From Lama guanicoe (Eukaryota): DNA of 64,000 nt. Made by a program: the position numbers and the translations under genes. Shown piece after piece: positions 25,420 to 38,480 of this stretch (position 1 is its first letter; the number at the start of each line of letters is the position of its first letter). Location of the stretch: contig MU054323.1 of the NCBI GenBank assembly GCA_013239625.1, forward strand, positions 15,752,029 to 15,816,028, given 5' to 3'. The notes under the pieces are model-generated. The model worked only from the letters and a program-made list of their open reading frames with translations. It searched no databases and was not told the origin of the DNA.

Positions 25420-28400
25420 AATAGTATATACAGGGAGCCAAATTATCAGAGATGTGGGGGGCGGGGGGAGGACGGACAATAGTATAATCAGAAAAAGTTT
25501 TCAATGAAATAGGGCTGTGGATGTGACCGACAACTTGAAAAAATAATTAGGTCCACGTAAGCAGATTCAATTACACACACAAGATTTCCTGAAACTTAAA
25601 AAACAAAAGGAAAGGAGAGAGGTCATGTGTGAGATGTGACTTAGTGGCCTGAAAGTGAAAAAATATCTCAAATCATAGATCAAAATTAATTCCTTAACCA
25701 GAAGACTTTTTTTTTAATTACTTCCAGATGAAAAGAGCAAGTGGCATACAAAGCAAAAAGATCCTGAGTAGCATCAAACGTCTCAACTGCAACACTAAAA
25801 ACCTAGAATACGTTTTTTAGGCCACTGGACAAACAGATCTATAATCCCAAAATACTATACCCAGCCAAGATCTCACTCACCTAGTAGGATGAAAAAAGAA
25901 TTATGGTTTACCAGATATTCAGAGATTATATTACCCCACCAAAGGAAAATACTAACCCAAACAAGATACTAATTAGAACAGAGACTTTAATCTAGAGGAT
26001 AATAAAGGAAGTAGGGGTGAGCAATAAATTTTATATATATATATATATATTTTTCATATTCCCATGAGCCAGGGAGGCAGACTAAAATGCATGAGACAGT
26101 CCTACACAATAAAGAAGGCTTCAGACCAAAAGATTTCTCAGCCAAGTTCCATCTAATCTTTAACAGGTGATTTCAATTATCTTTTAAATAATTCTAAACT
26201 ATAGGAAAGGATGAAAATCCAATTCATTTTATGAAACAAGTATTATTCTAAAAACTTTTTATTGAAGTATATATACAAACAGAAAAGTGTACATGTGTGT
26301 GTTAGATGAATTTTCATTAACTGAACAGTCCAACGTAACCAGGCATCCAGATAAAGAAACAAAACATCACCAGCACTCCAGAAGTTCCCGTGACTTCCTT
26401 TCAGACACCGTCTCATCTCTTACCTACCTCCCAATGAGGATAACCACTTTCCTGACTTCTAACAGCACAGATTAGTTGCGCCTGATTTTGTACTTTATAT
26501 GAAGGAAAGTATGCAGTATTCTTTTATAACTGGCTTTTCAGGCTGATCATGTTTCTGAGATTCATCCATATCTGGCACATAATTATAAACTGTTCTCATT
26601 GTATACTGTATCAATGGACAAAATTGTATTTATCTGTTCTACAGTTGATGAACTTTTAGGTAGTTTCAGGCTTGAGGCTTTTACTAATAGTGTTGCTATA
26701 AACATTCTAAAACGTATCTTCTGGTGAACATATGTATGCATTTTATTGGGCGTATGCCTAAAAGCAGAATTACTACATTCCATGGTATGAATACTTTCAC
26801 TTTAGTAAAGTCTGCCAAATGGTTTTTCAATGTAGTTGAATAAATTTGCATCCTCACCAGCAGTGGGTGAACCTTCTGAATACTCCCATGTTTTGCCAAT
26901 CTGCTTAATTTTTATACCTAATAAAATAATCTACTAAAGAAACGTACAGACTAATCTCACTTATGAATATTCATGCTACAGTTCTAATTAAAAGATTAGC
27001 AACTAGAATATTGATTTGTAAGAAAGGAATAACACATTATGATTAAGTAGGCTTTATTACAAGGAGACAAGAGTAGTTTACTGCCAGCAACTCCATGCAT
27101 AATCCAGCTAGTCAACAGATTAAAAGAAAGTAACACATGACTACATCAAAAGATGCTGAAAAGGCAATTGATAAAATTCAGCAGCTATTCCTAATAAAAT
27201 CTTTTGGTAAAACAGTAAGGAATGTATTTTAATAAGATAAAGACTATTTACTAAACAGCCATACAAATATTCTAAATAACCAAACTATTTCAACCAAAAT
27301 CAGTAACAGAGATGCCTGCTATTATCATTATCACCCAACACTATGATGGAGTTTCTAGACAATAAAGATTCTAGAAAAGAATCTGACAAACACTGCAAAA
27401 AACAAATTGAATTATTTTTGAGTGTCATCATATTTCTAAAAATCCCAGGAGATTCTAGTGAAAACTGCTGAAATTAATGAGAAAATTTAGTAAGTATATA
27501 TAATAAATTTGCTGTATGTAAGTACACAGAAAAAACAGGCTTTTTATTTATAATAAGCCTTTAGAAATGGAAATGGAAAAAAAAACCCATTCACAGTAAT
27601 GACCAAAGATTTAAATTAAAAACAAAACAAAACAAAAAACTCTCCTACTAAAGATACAGAAAAGAGAGGTGAGCAAACTGAAAATGATACCATTTTCTTC
27701 TCTTAGAAGATAATATCATGTCAAATTTCCCAAAATTCATCTGTAAATTTAAGGCAATTTCAACCCCTAATTGGAAAAAATGATCACAAACTTCAAATGC
27801 CTAAGAATGGCCAAGAAAAATAGTAAAAAGAACAGTAGATAGAGTGTGGGGTGGGAAAATGCTCTACCTGATCATTTTATAAAGCCACTGTAATTGAACC
27901 CATATAATACTGCCATAGGTAAAGAGAACCAGAAGTGAAACAGACTACCACATTCAGAAACAAATCTCATCTAAGAAAACTTCATACACGACAAAGTTTG
28001 TGTTTCAAGTCATTGGGAAAAGAGAGTTTCCTCAATAAAGGGTGGTGGAACAATTGGCAACCCACTTGGTAGAAAGTGAAGTTGGATCCATAGCTTGCAT
28101 TCTATACAGAAACAAATTCCAAAAGGAGTAAAGACAAATGTAAAAAAATTACTAACAACAAAAACCAAAAATAATGCAGAAGCCATTCTGGGAGACTATA
28201 TATGCCACTCAGGGGTGAAGATTTTAAACAATACAGAATACTTTGAAATGTTTATATATTCATGAAATGTCTATACTTAAAAAAAAATATAATATATTGG
28301 ATATATATTAATATAAAGTTTTGAGTGGAAAAGGTATTATAAATATGGTCAATAGACCGCAGATCTGGAGAAAGTTTGCAAATAAGAGAAAGAATTTATA

Positions 28401-29990
28401 TGTAATATACAAAGAGCACGTATAATTTTTTTAAAAAGACAGCATAAATATGGGCAAATGTTAATAAAAATGAAAAATAAAATGAAAATAAAAATTTAAA
28501 AAATTTACAGTGAATTTAAAATACAAATATGCAATTCACCTTAAGGGTGAAATCCAAATGGCTAACTTTTCTACGGAAAAAGTACTTATTAATGTGGTTA
28601 ATCAACAGCTAGTAAGAGTTAAAAAAAATGTTTGCAACCAAGAATAGAAAGGCTTAATATATATAATATACAAAAAGCTCCTATACACTAGTTAAATAAA
28701 AAGACAAACACAATAGAAACATGATCAAAAATATGAATAAAAATAAAAATGGATGTAAAGGTATTAAAAAAATATGAATATTTATGGTAGGCAGAATTCT
28801 AAGATGGCCCCCATGATCTTTGCCTCTGGTGTTGCTTCTATGATAATGTTACATTTACAGAACAAAGGGATTATGCAGGTAGAACTGAGGTTACTAACCA
28901 GTTGACTTCAACATACAGAAATTACCTGGGTGGACCTAACCTAGTCATATGAGCCCTTTAAAAGCAGTCTTCTATGACTGGTAGCAAAAAACAGAGTCAA
29001 AGCACGAGGATTTGATGAATGCTTGCTATCTTTGAAGATGGAGAGGACCACATGCAAACCCTGCAGAGCAGCCTCTGAGAGCTGAGAACAATCCCTGGCT
29101 GACAGCCAGCAAGGGAACAGAGACATCCATCGTACAACCATCCTGCAATTCCAAGGAATCAAATTCCGCCAACATGAAAGAGCCTGGAAGTGAAACCTTT
29201 CCCAGAGCCTTCAGTTAAGAGCCCAGACACACATCATCATTTCCATCTTACTGGGCACTAAACAGAGAGCACAATCAAAGCCTGCTTGAAGTTCTAACCT
29301 ACAGAACTATGAGATAATCAATGGGCGCTGTTTAAAGCTGCTAAACTTGTGGTAATTTGTTATGCAGCAATAGAAAACTAATACAATAGGTAATTTAATT
29401 ACGAGTGAATCCAAATGACCAAAGAACATATGAAAAGTTGTCCAGATTTACAGTAGTAATGAAAATGCAAATAACACTGAGAAATCACTATACCTACCAC
29501 CAGGCTTTTTTTCTTTCTTTCTTTTTTTAAATGCTACTGCAGTTATTACTAGTGAGTATAAAGGGTAACAGTAGTTTTATTTATTTACTGATGGAAATAG
29601 AAATATAAATTGTCCCAGCCCTTTTGAGAAACAATATGTCAACATTTATTAAAATTTTAAGAATCTACATATCCCTCAACCCAGCAATCCTACTCCATGG
29701 AATCTTTCATAAAAGTAAAATCATCACGGTCATGAATACGTGCACAGGCACAATTACCCTAATGGTAAAAATCTGACAACAAGTAAATACCCATCAATAT
29801 GGAAGAGGTTTAATAAATCATCATCATACGGTATTATCTAGCATTAAAAAGAATGAAATAAGAGCTAAAAGATAGATTTGGAAGGATTTTCACCATATAT
29901 TGTTGGATAAGAAAAGATGCAGAGGATATATATGATCCTGTTTAAAGCAAACTGACCCGCCAAAAAAACTTCTCATTTTATTTACATAAG
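25420..29990 (+). mobile_element. Highly degraded L1ME-like element (ORF1/ORF2 remnants), interrupted by an antisense L1 fragment (about 26255-26900) and an LTR
   Basis: A-rich strand; recognisable L1 ORF2 motifs (aaagatgctgaaaaggcaattgataaaattca; ctcaataaagggtggtggaacaattgg; cccagcaatcctactcc). Confidence 0.65.
28783..29385 (+). mobile_element. MaLR solo LTR (MLT1D/E-like)
   Basis: Starts tatggtaggcagaattctaagatggccccc and ends tgtggtaatttgttatgcagcaatagaaaactaataca. Confidence 0.85.
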
Positions 29991-29999
29991 ATACAAAAC

Positions 30000-30455
30000 A
30001 GCTTAAATGTCCATCAACAGCTGACACACACAATGGAATACTACTCAGCCATAAAAAAGAATAAAATAATGCCATTTGCGGCAACATGGATGGACCTGGA
30101 GAATGTCATTCGAAGTGAAGTAAGCCAGAAAGAAATATACCATATGATATCGCTTATATGTGGAATCCAAAAAAAGGACACAAAAGAACTTACAAAGCCT
30201 GTTCCTACAAAACAGGAACAGACTCACAGACACAGAGAACAAACTTATGGTTAGCAGGGGGAACAGAGGTTAGAATGGATAAATTGGGAAAGTCGAAATT
30301 TGCACCTCTTGGGGAGTGATGGAAATGTTAGCTATCTTGATTGTGGTGGTGGTTTCATTGGTGTACATACATGTATCAAAATTCATCAAATTGTATAGCT
30401 GAAATATGTGTAGTTTACTATACAGGGATCACACAATAAAGGTGTTAAAAAAAGA
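30000..30455 (+). mobile_element. L1 ORF2 C-terminus and 3' UTR fragment(s)
   Basis: Translation MEYYSAIKKNKIMPFAATWMDLENVIRSEVSQ (canonical ORF2 end), followed by 3' UTR and caataaa...aaaa. Confidence 0.85.
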
Positions 30456-32808
30456 TTGTGTGTATACATTAAGAAATTTAAGAGATGTGTATCTGTAAAG
30501 ACTTGTAAGGTACTCACAATACATATTATATTTTAGAAGTAGCAGAGTAATTGTAGGATAAGACAAAACCCTGTATGTAATATTTGTGTATACATACTTG
30601 TGTGAACAAGAATAAAGACATGTATGTCAGGCTGCTACAAGGGAGGTGGGAGTAAAATGGTATGGTGGGATGAGATTAATTTTGCCATTATGCACCTCTA
30701 TTATTTGTTGCTCTTTTATGTTCTTTTAATTGACTGTATTAATTTGTAGTACTATTAATTTAATTTGTTTCACTCTTTAAATCCAAGCAATATCAAATCA
30801 TCTCCCTTCCTTTTCCCTCAGTATTTATCACCAGTAGTATTCTATGTATTTTATTCATACTATTTGTTGTTTGTTTCCCCCAACTGCAACATCAGCTGCA
30901 TCAGGTAAAGGATTTTGTCTGTTCACTGCTGAACACCAGCACTTAGAGCTGTCTGGTACACAACACTCAATTATTGAGGAAAGAAATAATTTATGTATAA
31001 CTTCATTAGGGCTCCTCCTGATGTTCATTCTAACCTTATTTCTCCTAAAAGCCTGGTATTCCAGAAGTTATCAGGAGTGTGACAGAATTACATGATAAGA
31101 AGACTGAATTCGGGAGTGAAAAACAGTTATTTCTTGGATGCTTATTACTGCCTGACATTTTATCAAGTGTTTTGTGTACATAGGCAGATCTACAATACCC
31201 ATTTCATAGAATAGAAACCAACTCAGATTAGCTTATCCAAAGTCTCAAAGATAATAAATGTCCTGCGTCCAGGACAAAATCCTGTTCTTTCCTCTGTGCT
31301 ATACTGAGCTTAAAGGAATCATATTTTAATAATTAAAAAATTAGTTAATAGTTCTTATATAATATATAGGTTTAATATTATTTTGAGATTAGTTGAGTAT
31401 TTCATAGTCACTACTCTGTTGATGCCTCTACTAATGATTTCAAGTCATTTGATGGTGAAATACAAATACTCTGTCTCTAGCTGACTATTTTATTCCTGAA
31501 ACAATGAAGCTGTTCAGCTCAAGGCCTCAAGTGTCCTAGGCTCTGCTGGAATGGTAGCAACAAACCAAGACAACACAGAACTGTTCCTAGGAGAGTTAAT
31601 AAACAATTACCATCAAATCTTCAGGGCGAAAAGCAGCCCTAAGAACAGCCGGAGGGATTTAGTCCCAGACTCAGGCTCCCTAGAAGAATGCCTTTCTTGA
31701 CAAGCTTCTACTGAGAGACGCTTCCTACCCCTTTGGAGGAAAAAAAGCCAGGCTGGAAGAACAGGATCATCAGAGGGTCACAAGGAGAAAGAGTGGTGGA
31801 CCTGGTCTGGGCCCAAGATGGTCAAAGCAGGGTTAGATTCCAGGCTGAAGAGTTCCCTGTCAAGGAATTAGAGGCCAGCAGGTTGGTGTTGGGGAGGTCA
31901 GGGGGACAGAAGGGACACCACAACAGGGCTTAGAGACATCTCCTACTCCCCTACGTTTTGCTCAGTTCCAAAGCAGGCAAACTTGGGATGCATAGCAAAG
32001 AGGGTGCTGCCTTGTGCATTCTGTTGCCACCTTCCAGATGAGGTCCAAATTCCTGAGTAGGAGGCAGGCCTCTACTCTTAGAATCAGCTCCACAGATCTG
32101 AATACAGTTGAGATCACGTAAGGACTGGCAGGGATATTTTTTTCCCCCTTTGTCTTTGATCTGGATAGATTTAGAGTTTTAAAATGTGTTCTCTGATTAC
32201 TCAACTTGTAAATATTTATCAAGTACTTTCTATGTGGTAGGTAAGGCACCAGGAGAGGTGTTAAAGGGAATATAAGAAAAACAAACAGTCCCTGATTCAA
32301 GGAGCTTATAGAGACAGAAGCAAACAAACAACCATTAACTCTTATTTTTTCAGGTGACAAGTGAGCAATATCTAATATGTAAAACCTGAGTTGGGGATGG
32401 GGTCAGAATCAAGGCATTCAGAATAAAACTAATCTCTACCTACTCCCCATACCTGAAAAAAAAACCCACAAGATTTTGAAAGATAATATTAAACTTACCG
32501 TATATTCCTTGCCAGTCTCTGTACTCCCAAAATAATTTCTAAAAACCACACAAAGTATAACGTGTTTATCTAGAGGTAAGCTGTATATAACTTGCAACAT
32601 CAAGGGCACAAAACTGCCTAAACCTACAACCTTCAAGTTCAAAAGTAAAAGCATTTCTGCCTTCAGAAAGCAATGACGTTTATAAAGAGAAAAAAATCTG
32701 CTTGCAAGGTTTATTTTTTTTAATTATAACCATTAGATATATATTCCTAAGTATCCTATAGCAATGAGAAAGGAGCTTATTGTCTCGCTTGTTTTTAAAA
32801 GCTGACCA

Positions 32809-33012
32809 GGGGGAGGGATAAATTGGGAGTTTGGGATTAGAAGATACAAACTGCTATATACAGAATAAACAACAAGGTCCTAAAGGAACTATATTCAATA
32901 ACTTATAACAACCTATAGTGAAAAAGAACATATATATGTATAACTGAATCACTATGCTGTATACCAGAAGCTAACAAAACATTGTAAATCAACTATACTT
33001 CAATTAAAAAAA
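32809..33012 (+). mobile_element. 5'-truncated artiodactyl-type L1 3' end with poly(A) and TSD
   Basis: Perfect 12-bp TSD aaaagctgacca (32797-32808 / 33013-33024) at a tttt/aaaa endonuclease site; ends aatcaactatacttcaattaaaaaaa. Confidence 0.88.
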
Positions 33013-33116
33013 AAAAGCTGACCAAAGAAAGAAAAGAAAGTCTGAATGTTTTAGAAGTGGGAGAAAGCCTCATTTCTTTTGACCCTGAACAAGGAAGGAA
33101 ACTGAACAGGTACAAT

Positions 33117-33122
33117 TTTATT
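33117..33122 (-). terminator. STRN: Candidate distal STRN poly(A) signal AATAAA
   Basis: tttatt on + strand; transcript reads AATAAAattgtacctgttcagtttccttccttgttc; lies at the edge of the repeat-poor block. Confidence 0.55.
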
Positions 33123-36100
33123 GAAAAACAGTTTCCACTTAAATGAACTGACTGTTAAATGCTACTTTTGGCTGATCCGCATCCTTCCAAAATCTATGAA
33201 TGGCAACTGGCAGAATCTGACCTTGTTAGCTCTGAAGGGACACTGTTAACATTTATGTGGTATATATGCTCTATCTTAATGTTCCATTCATTTTAACATG
33301 TATCAAATGCACAAGGCTCCATGGTTTACTTGTAAGCTTTGTGTAAAAACACTGCTCTTCTAGTCAGCAAAATATTGAAGACAGTTACTACATAGGAAAG
33401 AATTCCTACATGACACCTGAGTATTGGTGGGGGGTGAGGGTCAGGGGTGTTATCCATAAGTGACTGCCAAAAGACATGTGAGACCAGTGAGTTCTCCTTT
33501 TTAAAAATACATACTGAGTGAAATAACTCCATCAATTGGATATTCTGAAGCATGCAGGCTCAAAGTCTGCAGAAAATGATACGAATATTTTTTAAATGCT
33601 TCTAAAAGTATCATCAAAATCATTCAAAACAGAACTCATCCTAAAAAATGATTCTCTCTTCATGAGATTACCCTTGGCCACATTAAGACATTTCGTACAT
33701 GTCTGGTCTTCATTCTGATACGTGCAGATGACACAACATGCCTGGGCCGGTTAATGTAGCTTCCTGCAATACAGAAAAAGCTATGTTGTCTGACACTTTA
33801 ACCAGGGAACTCTAGGATACTTTGGATGTATTTCCTAAAAATCTTTAATTTAGGTAACAGGGATCAATGACTAATGAGTCAGAATTTGAACCATTCACTT
33901 TTAGAGGTCAAAAGGATCTCAGAGATCGTCTTTCTAGGCCTTTTCAAGAGAAAGAAAGACAGTGGGCAGTGGGCCCAGGTCAGTTTTCAGCTGCTTTCTC
34001 CTTAGTGTGTTTATTTTTCCCTACACCCTCACCAAGTCATCCAGAACTCAAACTGTTTCTGATGGATTTCCTTTGCTCTAAGGTAAGTTAATCTTATTTA
34101 TTTATGAAACTTCTTTGGTCCAACTTCCACAAGGAAAGAGTAGCTGGATTTCACTATACATTCACATTTCAAAACATTTTATATAAATCACAAGCTGCTT
34201 AATAGTACAACTCATGCTTAAACATAAAATTTTGCTTACCATGCACGCAGTTTTTTCTTTTTAATCAAAGAAAGTTCAGTTTAAGAATGCTCATTATGAA
34301 TGATGGGTTTCCCTACCATTACCCTTAATTTGATGATGTTATTATATGAGGTAATTCAAAAATATCTTTGGTTTGAGGTTATAGATTGGGAACCTGATAC
34401 ACACCGCGGATCTTATGAGAGCATGAAAAACTTTGGCACATGAATGAATAATACCAACTCTATTTATTACTCCAGGTGCTATTTAACAGATTGTTTTATG
34501 GTAAGTTCTCCATTACATCACTGGATTAATTATCTCTTTAAAGAGGCACACAGGAAAAGTTAACATCAAGTTAGCATCTGGATCAGTCCTCGTGTAAGAT
34601 GAATGGCTAAATAACCAAGGACAAGAGAATTTTCAATGAAACAGACCCTTCCTATTGGCAGGACACTACAGATTTTATTCACCCAAACAGTCAGATCCTT
34701 CTTCAAGTCTGCCCAGTACCTTTCATCTAGTAACAACTAGGAATAGGAAAGGGCTTAAGATGGAAGTGAGACTTAAAATGAGTCATTTTCAATTTGGTTT
34801 TGAAAGTATACAAAATATACCAAATTAAAATTTGTGTTTCAGAAAATATGGGAAGTTGCATATCAGTGCTTCTCCACAGAACTGGAGCGACCCATCACTG
34901 TAAGGACAGGTGTAACTGAGAACTAACAAGTGGAGGGACACATTACGGTTATAGTGTTTGAGATAAAGGGCGCTGCCAGATTTCCAGGTGTTTCTGGGGA
35001 ACAGTCTAAGTGCCAGGACAACTCTTGGACCCCTCAAAACTTCAGTGGTGCTCCTGGAAACCCAATGCAGGTTAGAATACCATTCTGAACCCGGGCTGAC
35101 CATCAATCCATGAAAAACTTTTAGACTCTTCTTGACCTTCTGAGCTAGATTACTCTAAAATAACTCCAGCAAATCATGTCTCAGTTCTCATTACATGTCT
35201 CAGTTCTCATTACAAGGGACAAAAGGAGCATTTTTGACACTACTGAAAAATGTGTACATGCGAAAAAATAGAACATTCATTACTACTGTAGCATACGAAA
35301 CATCACAGTGGACAGTTTCAAGGACACCAGAAGAGGTACCTTTTAGATTCCACATAGCACTGTGGCTCCAGATTGGAACAAAGAGACTTTGAGTTCTGGG
35401 CAGCGGAAGCCCTTGAAAAGTAATGTTGATTTGAAGGAGCAAGGGGTAGAAGGCTTATGCTTGCCTGTTAAGTAGTCAAACAAAGAAAAAATAAAAGCAC
35501 ATTAAATTTATATATGTATGTGTGTATATAATTTTTTAATTATGTAACTGAACATGAGAAAAAATATACATGTGTCCCTGAAAGTATCATGATCCAATCA
35601 TATGGGGTATTTTAATTTTACTGGCTTTCCAAAAGTCCAAACTCTATATAATGATAAACTTCTCCATATTCCTCACAATCAATAATTAAGGTTGGTTCAT
35701 TACTTTGGATTTACATCTACTTTGTCTAACACACTTTTATTTCCCTGTACCCCTCTATTACCTCCCCCAAAACAAAATCAGGTTGTATTAAAGTATCTTA
35801 ACTGCAATTCCACTGGATTCCAAATCTGACAAATATTTCAATTCATGAGACACCTATAGCACATTATCTATAGTTGTACACTTTATTTAAAAACAAATAA
35901 TACACTTAGAGCCACCAAAAAAGGATATCTTAGCTTATCCATACCCTGAATTTACAAAAGAAACTTCTTGCACCACAAAAATTAGCATTTGGGTTAATTT
36001 ACATTAATTGATATTATACCTAAAATTTAAAATACCTGAATATCAAACAGTCTGGCCCAGGGCTCACCAGCTGGAAGGGTGTGGAGAAAGGAGTTATTCA

Positions 36101-37925
36101 GGAGTCTGAACTGATGATGATGCCCTGAGGTCAGCGCTAGTAAACTGAAGTTGAGAAGACATAGCCAGTAGATTACAGGATTACAAAGAAGTAGTTTCTC
36201 CTAAAAACAGGTATTAGATCATATAGTTGGGACAGGGCTACGGGATACCTCTTAATCTGGATTGGAAAAAAACTATGTGGAGAAGGGGGTTGTATTGTTT
36301 CTCACAAGAGGCAAGCTTCAGCCAAACAATGAGAAGAAAGTAGGGAGGGTGGTATGTGGTAGACTGAAGACTTTCTGATTGCTGATAATACCAACTTTAG
36401 CAGCTCCCTACAAGTCAACTAAAACACCATTCTTTGAGACATTTTCAGAAAGAAGCTAACACAACCAGGGAAAAATCATTCTACATTAACAAGGCACTCA
36501 CTGGTTCATAGCCTGTTAAAAACTCAGGCAGACATTAGAGTTAATCTAAATTAAAATGAACTTTCTAATTTGCATCTGGGGGATGACAAGCATGTGGTCC
36601 CAGTTAAATCAAATCTAAAGCTTGATTAGCAAAGATTCAAAAAATTCTGACCCTTAAGCACCACTTTAGGAATACTGCCAGAATAAATAAGTAGGATCTA
36701 AGGATCGCTGTTTGGCTTTATATTTGCCCCTTTTTTTGGACTGGAAAAAAAAAAAAGATGCAATCTGTTTAATACCTTGTGAACCTGGTGTCCCTTACAA
36801 TGACACTGAGATCCAGTTAGATGATGGATATGGTCAATTAAAAAGCTTTCAGTGGCAAAAGTAAAATGATTCGAATCATTTACCAATGACCTAGCCTGTC
36901 ATTTGTTTTTAAAGACGGATACATTAGTTTACTGGACCTTCCTCTATAATGAACTTAAGGAATTGATACATTTCAGAAAAATATACATACAGTTTCTGTC
37001 AGCTACTACTTTTGTACAAACTAAATCCCAGTGTTAAACAAAATACTGCAATTTTATAAATAACTAAACAAGTAACACAGTAACGAAGGCATTTTCTGAG
37101 TAAATAAAATTAAAGATTAGGTACTTAATAGCCTCGAAATATTTTCAAAGAATAAGGTAAGCTGAATTATACTTAGAGCTCTTTTCCCATGTAAATCAAT
37201 AACAGTTTGGCTCTGGGTTGAAAATATCACACAGACATAGGCTAACCAGAGATTATCTCCACTTATTATCAACACTGATGATAAATTTTAAGCAGTTCTT
37301 TCAAAAGAAAATCAAAATTAATTCTAAGTCTTTCAATCTGATTTGTGACATCTTTGTTCAGTATAACTGAAATGACAAAGCCTAAGAAAAGCACCAACAC
37401 AGATTTTTAAATTGCATCCAACCATTGTTTTAGATGTCATAAAGATCTGCTCGAGTCACAATGGCAGCAATAACAAAGAGGTAGATATGAAAGATGCCAT
37501 TTAAACACTATTCTTAGGTGGAATTTTAACTAATTCAGGTGTTTAATCTAAAAATAATTTTTACTAGTTGAATCTTGATCAGATAAGAATTTCATTATTT
37601 GCTCTTGTGTAAGGGGGAAATATATGAAATGCTAAAAAAGTGAGCCTTTTAAAATTAACATTTACTCAGCCAACATTAATGAGATCCCATAATTTTGGTG
37701 AATCAATTTCTCCTTTTATCTGAACTTGACTTATAATGAAAGAATAGTTATTTTCTTCTCCACTGAAATTTCTAGGAATTCACATTCAAAATTCTTGGAA
37801 AGTACATATGGTGCTCAGAAAAGCACAAAGATAGCGCATGAAATGTCCCCTGAAGTCCTAAAAGTTGAACAGATATATTAAAAAGACATTGATGGTCACA
37901 AATCAGGACCTTCACAGATTGGCAA

Positions 37926-37991
37926 ACACACACACACACACACACACACACTCACTCACTCACTCACACTCTCTCTCTCTCTCTCTCTCTC
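37926..37991. repeat. Compound (CA)n(CACT)n(CT)n microsatellite in the STRN 3' UTR
   Basis: Directly visible. Confidence 0.92.
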
Positions 37992-38397
37992 ACCCCTTCA
38001 AAGCAAAAAACTTAAATCCTCATCCTCACTGTAAGGCTGCATCTGTATTTTTTTGAAAGGCACCTCTCATTCTCTAGCTATTGCCTTCTTGATGATATCT
38101 GTTTTGTCAAAAATCCTGAATGTTCAATGGAAATAGTTCAGTACTGAGAATGGAATATTTTTCAATTCACATTTGAATAGCCAGGTTTTCTTACATTCAG
38201 ATTTTAATAAACTAGAATGACAGTCTTTAAAACAAGCATGCTAGCCTATAATGAATATAGTATATACAGTAATTTAAACATTTAGAACTATATATTATAC
38301 TGCAAAAGCAAATAGCACAACACTCATCATACTCATCATTACCTGCTGTGTACACCACCTCCAAAAATGAAAATACAACAGTAAAATGCACCTATGG

Positions 38398-38480
38398 TTT
38401 TATATATATATATATAGTCTATATATATTATATATATCCCTACAATATATATAATATATATTTATAAAATATACATACAT
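38398..38480. repeat. AT-rich (TA)n low-complexity tract in the STRN 3' UTR
   Basis: Directly visible. Confidence 0.8.
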
